Shown here piece by piece: positions 18,525 to 24,404 of a DNA stretch of 24,404 bases. The notes under the pieces were generated by a model. That model was not told the origin of the DNA and made no database searches. It saw only the letters and a list, made by a program, of their open reading frames with translations. This stretch comes from a virus, in UHGV virus genome UHGV-0166778. One strand, written 5' to 3'. The number at the start of each line of letters is the position of its first letter. Within the stretch, counting starts at the first letter, position 1. The position numbers and the translations under genes are program-made.

Positions 18525-18748
18525 ACAGCACCTCCGTTGTAATGTTTGCCTTTCAGCTCTGCGATTTCCTGACAGGTAATGCAAAGCTGCACACCCGGAA
18601 TGGCACGGCGGCGTGCTGGCGGAATTGGCGCTTCACACTCAATGCAAAGCACGCGGGACACGCCCGGCGTTTTGGCACGGGCAGCACGGATATGGCGTTG
18701 GCGTTCTTCTTCAACGCGCTGCTGTACGAGATCCATTGCATCAGCCAT
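18521..18748 (-). CDS. TraR/DksA-family C4 zinc-finger protein
   Basis: 75 aa with CIEC-x17-CITC in the C-terminal half. Confidence 0.7.
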   Translation of the reverse strand: MADAMDLVQQRVEEERQRHIRAARAKTPGVSRVLCIECEAPIPPARRRAIPGVQLCITCQEIAELKGKHYNGGAV

Positions 18749-18987
18749 TAGTGGATCTCCTGCGCTTCGTTCTGGATTGCTTCAGCAGTCACACGAAGCA
18801 GTTCTGCCGCTTCGACGTGGGTTAGCTGGCGGGATGTGATATGACACGCCAGGCTATCAAGGCGAGCTGCCATTGCTTCAGCCCTTGCCCGGCGTTCTTC
18901 CAGACGAGCCTCTGTCAGTAAAATATTAAGCCCTGCGTCATCCGGTCCGGTTTTGGTCGAGAGGGTTTCAATATTACGCATAATCAA
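18748..18987 (-). CDS. Hypothetical small early-operon protein
   Basis: 79-aa ORF, translationally coupled (overlapping stop/start) with the zinc-finger gene. Confidence 0.5.
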   Translation of the reverse strand: MIMRNIETLSTKTGPDDAGLNILLTEARLEERRARAEAMAARLDSLACHITSRQLTHVEAAELLRVTAEAIQNEAQEIH

Positions 18988-19048
18988 TTCTCCTGAATTT
19001 AGATAAAGGGATGCCCGGCGGGTTTACGCCATTAATTTCATTAGTTGG

Positions 19049-19390
19049 TTAATTCGGCATGGTTAGCCGTCTGGGAAATAAGCTCACCACTGCACGAAAA
19101 TGATTCATTGCTTTAATCAACTCCCGCTTTTCGTCAGTGGTCAGCTCATTAATGCTGATGCTATGACGTTCAGCTGGAATTTTTGCCATAAAGAATATGG
19201 CAGCCAGTGCCCGTTTATTTTGTTCGCTATTAATATCCCGTGAATCACGCATATCTTTAATAAACCGCTCAAGCTCTGACTCAATATTCAGGCCAAAAAC
19301 TTTCGCCCTTAACTCCGCAATGTGATTAAGTCCATTCAGGCGTTCACCGGGGCTTAATGGAACAGTCGCCGCAGTGCCTTCAATAGCCAT
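19049..19390 (-). CDS. Hypothetical protein (early region, AT-rich)
   Basis: 113-aa ORF; no family recognised. Confidence 0.5.
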   Translation of the reverse strand: MAIEGTAATVPLSPGERLNGLNHIAELRAKVFGLNIESELERFIKDMRDSRDINSEQNKRALAAIFFMAKIPAERHSISINELTTDEKRELIKAMNHFRAVVSLFPRRLTMPN

Positions 19391-19616
19391 TTATGCATCC
19401 CACAACACATCTACTAAAAAATTTTTGATATGATCCATTACCAACATATTGATAGCTAGAAGGAATCATCAATGTTGAACCCGGTTGAAAGAGAGCGTAT
19501 AGAGCAACTTGAAAACGAGATCTCCAGTCTTCGCGATGAGGTTGCTGTTCAACGAATTCTTGTTTCAGGTCTGATCCACTCCTTATTTCGAACTGACTCA
19601 GCAAATCAATCAGCAT
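19380..19616 (-). CDS. Hypothetical protein; antisense-overlapped by the ORF at 19472..19720
   Basis: 78-aa ORF with a GGAGGAG ribosome-binding site 7 nt upstream; its stop overlaps the start of the 19049..19390 gene, continuing the minus-strand early operon. Confidence 0.35.
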   Translation of the reverse strand: MLIDLLSQFEIRSGSDLKQEFVEQQPHREDWRSRFQVALYALFQPGSTLMIPSSYQYVGNGSYQKFFSRCVVGCINGY

Positions 19617-19720
19617 TTTTTGAGCTCCTCCGCGAAGAATTAAACAAACTTCCTTTAGGTTCGGTTAAACAACAAGAATTCACTCATCTGATACAGACAC
19701 TGATAGATCGTTACCGATAA
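19472..19720 (+). CDS. Hypothetical coiled-coil protein on the opposite strand of the early operon
   Basis: 82-aa ORF with an AAGGAA ribosome-binding site; ERERIEQLENEISSLRDEVAVQRIL is a heptad-like coiled coil. Overlaps the minus-strand ORF 19380..19616; which of the two is real cannot be decided from sequence alone. Confidence 0.35.
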   Translation: MLNPVERERIEQLENEISSLRDEVAVQRILVSGLIHSLFRTDSANQSAFFELLREELNKLPLGSVKQQEFTHLIQTLIDRYR

Positions 19721-19935
19721 ATATTTCGCCGATAACGTTCAAGAGGTGATGTCTTTATACGCATCACTTCTTGTACTTTTTCACCACGTATAAAGGTTCC
19801 ATCCTTTAGCGTGAAAAAGTAGCTACCATCGCCCGACAACGACGGATAGCAACAGAGCAAATCATCTTCAGGTACTGAATAATTCTCCCCTCTGTAACGA
19901 AAGTGATAAACCACTTTATTTTCTGCCGCATACAT
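19711..19935 (-). CDS. Hypothetical small protein
   Basis: 74-aa ORF MYAAENKVVYHFRYRGENYSVPEDDLLCCYPSLSGDGSYFFTLKDG... preceded by GGAGAAAG. Confidence 0.5.
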   Translation of the reverse strand: MYAAENKVVYHFRYRGENYSVPEDDLLCCYPSLSGDGSYFFTLKDGTFIRGEKVQEVMRIKTSPLERYRRNIYR

Positions 19936-20096
19936 TTGGACTTTCTCCGTTTCCTCGTGGTCAATTCAGACAGCAATTCATCTTGTGAACGGCACGGATG
20001 CCAGCGTTTACCATCCTCACCCATGATCCAGCCGTGACCGTAGTGCATTGCCGGACTTTGTTTTACCAGGAGCGATGCAAATGATGGTTCTTTCAT
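19806..20096 (-). CDS. Hypothetical small protein just downstream of cII; 3' end uncertain
   Basis: Starts MKEPSFASLLVKQSPAMHYGHGWIMGEDGKRWHPCRSQDELLSELTT; the distal part overlaps the 19711..19935 gene in another frame and has a low-complexity look, suggesting a shorter real protein or a frameshift. Confidence 0.35.
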   Translation of the reverse strand: MKEPSFASLLVKQSPAMHYGHGWIMGEDGKRWHPCRSQDELLSELTTRKRRKSKCMRQKIKWFITFVTEGRIIQYLKMICSVAIRRCRAMVATFSR

Positions 20097-20109
20097 CAGC
20101 ATAAGCACC

Positions 20110-20619
20110 TCACAGCAAACCGAATGAAGCACCGAGGCCAGTCACGGTATCAACCGCACTCGCCATCGCAGGATTAGCCTGTAAACGGGCCTGCAATGAA
20201 ACAGCAGCCAGCGCCATCAGTCGTGTAACAGAGTTAATGCTGCTGATCGCATCACGACGGCCTGCACTGGTTTTTACATCGCCAGAAACCGCACCTGCCG
20301 CGACACGCCCGATCTCTGCGGTTGCACTCATGACGTAATGTGGCAGTTTCTCTTTTGCCACCTCATTAATCGGTACACATGGCAGGCAGTGAATCTGAGC
20401 CAGAAAACCATCTACCAGCGTTGAATCTTCAGTCAGATCGGTAAGCAACCAGATTTCTGGTGCAGTTAATAAATGAGGTTGAGCTGGGTTCAGCTTGTTC
20501 CGCAGAATCTGCACATTCATGCCTGCACGTTCTGCCAGTTGCACCAGGTTGTGGCGCAGTGCAAAAGCCCTACAGGCTTCATCGAAATGCGGATGTTTGG
20601 AAATCTTGTAATCAAACAT
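20110..20619 (-). CDS. cII: CII-like lysogeny establishment regulator (phage 186 CII family)
   Basis: 169-aa [76 protein letters not shown]..., following an Apl-like gene as in 186. Confidence 0.8.
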   Translation of the reverse strand: MFDYKISKHPHFDEACRAFALRHNLVQLAERAGMNVQILRNKLNPAQPHLLTAPEIWLLTDLTEDSTLVDGFLAQIHCLPCVPINEVAKEKLPHYVMSATAEIGRVAAGAVSGDVKTSAGRRDAISSINSVTRLMALAAVSLQARLQANPAMASAVDTVTGLGASFGLL

Positions 20620-20651
20620 GGTGCCCCCTTAGAAAGTTCCCATAATTGAAC

Positions 20652-20894
20652 TTACTTACCAACAATGACGCGGAAGTTGGAATGACCGAGGGATTCACGG
20701 ACCTGATCGGTTTTGTACATCAGATAACGCAGGCTTACGCGGCCTTTGTTTTTTTCTTTCTTGACCATGTACTTAGCAAGTTGACCATGGTGAATTTTTT
20801 GGTAAACAGAGCCGCGGGAAATACCCTCCCACTCTGCGAACTCTGCAGGCGTAGCCATCTCTTTTGGTACACGAATTGAAATATCAGTACTCAT
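20652..20894 (-). CDS. apl: Apl/Cox-like excisionase and transcriptional regulator
   Basis: 80-aa helix-turn-helix-like protein (PAEFAEWEGISRGSVYQKIHHGQL) as the first gene of the lytic operon, divergent from cI. Confidence 0.7.
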   Translation of the reverse strand: MSTDISIRVPKEMATPAEFAEWEGISRGSVYQKIHHGQLAKYMVKKEKNKGRVSLRYLMYKTDQVRESLGHSNFRVIVGK

Positions 20895-20940
20895 AGTGCA
20901 GTATCTCTTACTTTGTGTGCGTGTTAGTTCGTTTTAGCCC

Positions 20941-20996
20941 GTCTCTTAAACTCTCACATCAAGAGACATGAAGACATTACGATCTTGATTCAAGAT
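20941..20996. promoter_or_regulatory. Switch-region operators between apl and cI
   Basis: 7-bp inverted repeat gtctctt...aagagac (20941..20947 / 20961..20967), direct repeat agacat x2 (20964..20977), and the 15-bp palindrome atcttgaTtcaagat (20982..20996). Confidence 0.4.
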
Positions 20997-21015
20997 TGTC
21001 AAATGGAGATCACCA

Positions 21016-21648
21016 ATGTTAAACATCAGAATGGGTTCCGATACGGGAGGTAAGGCAGCTATTGGAAGGCTGCTTGAGGCTTATGGATTCACAACTAAGC
21101 AGGCATTAAGCGAGCACCTGAATGTCTCAAAAAGCACTATGGCAAACAGAGTGTTACGTGACAGCTTTCCTGCTGACTGGATAATTCAGTGCGCACTAGA
21201 AACCGGTGTTTCGTTGCTTTGGTTAGCTACAGGACAGGGAAGCATGAAAGGAGGAGCTGAGCCTGAGAAAAGTTCTCATAATGAGAACAAACAAGCAATT
21301 AAACCGTTATCCAAACTCATAACTCCAGCTATTCCTAAAGGAACCCTGGAGAATGGACAACTCAGTATTGATGAAGAGATTTTCCTAGACCACAGCATAT
21401 TACCTGCAGATTATGAAGAATTGATGTTCTTAGAAACCCCTACTAATTGTTATCTCATCGATAAATCAATTAAACAGGTCAGCAATGGATTCTGGCTTAT
21501 CAATATTGATGGAATGATTATTGTTGCAAAAATCATGCGGATTCCCGGCAATAAGATTGTAGTAAATCAAGATGAAGCGTCTTTCGAGTGCTCTACTGAT
21601 GATGTGGAAGTTATTGGGCGTGCAGTCAAAGTAATAAAGAGTATCTAA
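21016..21648 (+). CDS. cI: CI immunity repressor (phage 186 CI family)
   Basis: 210-aa ORF with an N-terminal helix-turn-helix region (LLEAYGFTTKQALSEHLNVSKSTMANRV...CALETGVSLLWLATGQG) resembling 186 CI; followed directly by int. Confidence 0.8.
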   Translation: MLNIRMGSDTGGKAAIGRLLEAYGFTTKQALSEHLNVSKSTMANRVLRDSFPADWIIQCALETGVSLLWLATGQGSMKGGAEPEKSSHNENKQAIKPLSKLITPAIPKGTLENGQLSIDEEIFLDHSILPADYEELMFLETPTNCYLIDKSIKQVSNGFWLINIDGMIIVAKIMRIPGNKIVVNQDEASFECSTDDVEVIGRAVKVIKSI

Positions 21649-21650
21649 AC

Positions 21651-22664
21651 ATGACTGTCAGAAAACAGCCAAACGGTAAATGGTTGTGCGAGTGCTATCC
21701 CCATGGACGCAATGGCAAGCGCGTGCGTAAGCAATTTGCTACGAAAGGCGAAGCCATTGCTTTTGAAAGCTTCACAATGGAAGAAGTGAACAAAAAGCCA
21801 TGGCTGGGGGAAAAGGAAGATCGGCGACACCTATCAGAATTAATTGAGCAGTGGTATTCCCTGTATGGTCAAACACTCGCAGACCCCAAGCGCCTCATGG
21901 CGAAACTTAGAATTATCTGTAATGGTCTAGGCGATCCCATCGCCTCAGAGCTGACAGCCGGTGATTTTACTAAATACCGAGAAGCGCGGCTAAAAGGTGA
22001 AGTGCGAAATGAAGAGGGCACGCTTATGTCGCCCGTTAAGCCCCGCACTGTAAACCTTGAACAGCGCAACCTATCATCTGTTTTTGGCACACTGAAAAAG
22101 TTGGGCCACTGGTCAGCCCCCAATCCGCTTGCCGGGCTGCCAACATTTAAAATTGCTGAGGGTGAACTGGCGTTCCTGACCCCGGAAGAAATTAAACGTC
22201 TGCTGGATGCCTGTGCTGATTCTCAAAGCCCCAGTCTACTTTTAATTGCAAAAATATGCCTGGCCACCGGCGCGCGCTGGAGTGAAGCCGAAAATCTGCA
22301 GGGCCATCAGTTATCGAAATACCGGATCACCTATACCAAGACTAAGGGCAAGAAAAACCGTACCGTGCCGATATCTCAGGATCTGTATGACGAACTCCCT
22401 AAGAACAGAGGGAAGTTATTCACTCCTTGCAGAAAAGCCTTTGAACGAGCAGTAAAGCGAGCTGACATTGAGTTACCAGAGGGCCAATGCACCCACGTTC
22501 TGCGCCATACATTCGCCAGCCATTTTATGATGAATGGTGGTAATATTTTGGTTTTACGAGATATTTTAGGCCACTCTGATATAAAAATGACTATGATTTA
22601 TGCACATTTTTCCCCAGAGCATCTTGAAGATGCAGTAATAAAAAACCCTCTGGCTAATTTATAA
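21651..22664 (+). CDS. int: Tyrosine integrase (P2/186 family)
   Basis: 337-aa ORF with a C-terminal catalytic region (ARWSEAENL...HVLRHTFASHFMMNGGNILVLRDILGHSDIKMTMIYAHF) showing the R...H-x-x-R...Y signature. Confidence 0.9.
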   Translation: MTVRKQPNGKWLCECYPHGRNGKRVRKQFATKGEAIAFESFTMEEVNKKPWLGEKEDRRHLSELIEQWYSLYGQTLADPKRLMAKLRIICNGLGDPIASELTAGDFTKYREARLKGEVRNEEGTLMSPVKPRTVNLEQRNLSSVFGTLKKLGHWSAPNPLAGLPTFKIAEGELAFLTPEEIKRLLDACADSQSPSLLLIAKICLATGARWSEAENLQGHQLSKYRITYTKTKGKKNRTVPISQDLYDELPKNRGKLFTPCRKAFERAVKRADIELPEGQCTHVLRHTFASHFMMNGGNILVLRDILGHSDIKMTMIYAHFSPEHLEDAVIKNPLANL

Positions 22665-22690
22665 TAACTTTACAAATATAGGATTTTGAT

Positions 22691-23476
22691 ATGCTGTCTG
22701 AAATAGAAATCAATGATGAAATTCAGCGAGGCAACATTTTTGATCCATTAACGGTATTAAATGGAACATTTAAAGTTCAATCTGCAAGCATTGATCTCTC
22801 TGTAAAAACAATACATATACCAGACTGTCAAGACAATAAAAAAACACGTAACAACCATATCCTGATGCCAGGGGAAACTGTAATATTAGAGTTAAATGAA
22901 AAATTCCAACTTGCAAAAAATTTAGCTGGTGTAATATTCCCAAGAAACACACTATCAAAAAATGGAATTATCATGACGAATCCAGGGCATATTGACCCTG
23001 GATATAATGGCATAATTTCAATATATCTTGTAAATATGTCAAAAGAACCATTCTCATTGACACAAAATTCTGCAGTAGCCCGAATGTTATTATTTAAAAC
23101 AATAATACCGACTAAAGGTTACCAAGGAAAAATCGTAAATAAATTGGATGATGATCAACTTTCTAGAATGGGAAAGGATTTTGCAGGACTTGATAAACGA
23201 CTTCCGAAAGAAATCAATAAAATCATTGCGAAAAAAACTGGCTTTATAATTGCGATAGCAGCCTTAATGCTAACGTTGATAACCCTAGCAATTCCTTTCT
23301 TATTTCAAATAGTATCCAGTAATGTCAGTAGTACAAAAGATCTTGAATTAACAATAAAAGTTCAACAAAATGAAATAAATAGCCTAAAAAGCACCGTTGA
23401 ATTACTAAAAAATGCTAAATCAAACGAACCAAAGGTTGATGCTAAAGTAAGCACCCCAAAAGCTATACGGGAGTAA
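22691..23476 (+). CDS. dCTP deaminase (Dcd)/dUTPase-fold protein with a C-terminal TM helix and coiled-coil tail
   Basis: 261 aa. The N-terminal ~185 aa show Dcd-family landmarks (LNGTFKVQSASIDLSV; PGETVILELNEKFQL; GIIMTNPGHIDPGYNGIISIYLVN); followed by a TM segment (FIIAIAALMLTLITLAIPFLF) and a Lys/Glu-rich coiled coil. AT-rich; ThyX start codon 2 nt after its stop. Confidence 0.7.
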   Translation: MLSEIEINDEIQRGNIFDPLTVLNGTFKVQSASIDLSVKTIHIPDCQDNKKTRNNHILMPGETVILELNEKFQLAKNLAGVIFPRNTLSKNGIIMTNPGHIDPGYNGIISIYLVNMSKEPFSLTQNSAVARMLLFKTIIPTKGYQGKIVNKLDDDQLSRMGKDFAGLDKRLPKEINKIIAKKTGFIIAIAALMLTLITLAIPFLFQIVSSNVSSTKDLELTIKVQQNEINSLKSTVELLKNAKSNEPKVDAKVSTPKAIRE

Positions 23477-23478
23477 AA

Positions 23479-24246
23479 ATGATAAAAATCTCTGATTTAT
23501 CAGTAAAATGCATATCACACCCTTCATTTGAAAGTAATGTTTTTGATGATTTTTTAAACACATCATCATTGCAATGGGTTCGCAAAGGGCAGGCGACCGA
23601 AGCTGAGCTTCTGGTAGAGGCCGCTGGCAGGCTATGTTATATGTCTTTTGGAGAGGATAAGCAGTCTCCACGGACTACAAGTCAATATATCAACAATTTA
23701 ATTATTCAAGGGCATGAAAGTGTCTTAGAACATTTGAACTGGACCTTTTTAATTACTGGGGTATCTCGTGCATTTACACACCAGCTAGTTCGGCATAGAG
23801 CTGGTTTTTCATATAGCCAGTTATCCCAACAGTATCATGATGAATCCGATGCTGAATTCGTAGCCCCTATAGAAGTAAAAAATGACCCAGAATTGTTTAA
23901 GTCATGGTGCCAACATATTGAAAGTAGTCTGGATTTTTATAAGCAATCCTTGAAAAAAATCCGTGAAAACCAATCGTATGAGAACAAAAAAGAAAAAATG
24001 CGGGCCCTAAGAAGCGCTTCTCGCTCTATATTGCCTAATGCAACCGAGACAAAAATAATCGTCACAGCAAATGCTCGCGCAATTCGACACTTCTTCGAAA
24101 TGAGAGGAGCAATACAGGGTGACTATGAAATGAGAACAGTTTCAGAAAAACTTTACGATATTGTAACTCAAGATGCCCCTGCCTTGTTCCAAGATTTCGA
24201 AAAAGTCAATGGAGGAACGGCGCACGTTAAGATAATAAAACAATAA
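23479..24246 (+). CDS. thyX: Flavin-dependent thymidylate synthase (ThyX family)
   Basis: 255 aa with the ThyX signature region GHESVLEHLNWTFLITGVSRAFTHQLVRHRAGFSYSQLSQQY (RHR-x7-8-S motif) and C-terminal ETKIIVTANARAIRHFFEMR; strong GGGAG ribosome-binding site. Confidence 0.85.
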   Translation: MIKISDLSVKCISHPSFESNVFDDFLNTSSLQWVRKGQATEAELLVEAAGRLCYMSFGEDKQSPRTTSQYINNLIIQGHESVLEHLNWTFLITGVSRAFTHQLVRHRAGFSYSQLSQQYHDESDAEFVAPIEVKNDPELFKSWCQHIESSLDFYKQSLKKIRENQSYENKKEKMRALRSASRSILPNATETKIIVTANARAIRHFFEMRGAIQGDYEMRTVSEKLYDIVTQDAPALFQDFEKVNGGTAHVKIIKQ

Positions 24247-24256
24247 GACAAGATCT

Positions 24257-24281
24257 CGCCAGTTCAACGAACTGGCGTTTT
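24257..24281 (+). terminator. Rho-independent terminator after thyX
   Basis: Stem cgccagtt / aactggcg with loop caacg, followed by tttt. Confidence 0.5.
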
Positions 24282-24363
24282 ACCATTCAATTTTTTTGGC
24301 GGCATTTTGGCGGCAGAGAACTAAAACCCATATAAACCCCTTAACACCACATAAACATAATAC

Positions 24364-24404
24364 CTGTCTCTTATACACATCTGACGCTGCCGACGACTTA
24401 ATAG
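24364..24404. other. Illumina Nextera adapter read-through plus index (non-biological)
   Basis: ctgtctcttatacacatctgacgctgccgacga is the Nextera transposase adapter (Tn5 mosaic end CTGTCTCTTATACACATCT plus the read-2 tail); the final cttaatag is consistent with the reverse complement of an 8-nt i5 index. Confidence 0.85.

Noticed and set aside
18525-18584. Longer N-terminal extension of the Dam ORF (MHYLSGNRRAERQTLQRRCC...)
   Set aside because: The internal start [11 protein letters not shown] gives the canonical Dam N-terminus and an ATGA overlap with the upstream gene; the extension would overlap the zinc-finger gene by about 60 nt.
22664-22700. tRNA or tmRNA fragment expected at an integrase-adjacent att site
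   Set aside because: No tRNA-like sequence or structure is visible between int and the Dcd-like gene or at the contig end; attachment site identity cannot be established from this window.
24294-24315. Possible CRISPR or other repeat array at the contig end
   Set aside because: Only two copies of an 11-bp unit with no spacers; not a CRISPR array. Kept as a possible Int arm-site repeat in the findings.

Overview
The window is most of a P2/186-family (Peduovirus-like) temperate prophage of an enterobacterial host, lying in reverse orientation relative to the usual P2 map. From left to right it contains: a truncated tail fiber gene H and the late tail/baseplate/lysis/head genes I, J, W, V, S, R, lysC, lysB, K, holin, X, L, M, N, O on the minus strand; terminase P and portal Q on the plus strand; two AT-rich two-gene cargo cassettes flanking a GC-rich cos-like sequence; a LexA-controlled antirepressor-like/DinI operon; replication gene A, a Dam-type methylase and small early genes; a 186-type switch region (CII, Apl, then CI and integrase); and an AT-rich post-integrase cassette encoding a dCTP-deaminase-fold protein with a membrane anchor plus a flavin-dependent thymidylate synthase (ThyX). 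The three cargo cassettes are the best candidates for undescribed accessory systems, most notably a membrane protein plus TM-TIR pair and the Dcd-like/ThyX pair. The last 41 bases are an Illumina Nextera adapter plus index, so the contig end is a library artefact rather than biology. All protein assignments rest on by-eye recognition of the translated ORFs and gene order; no searches were run.
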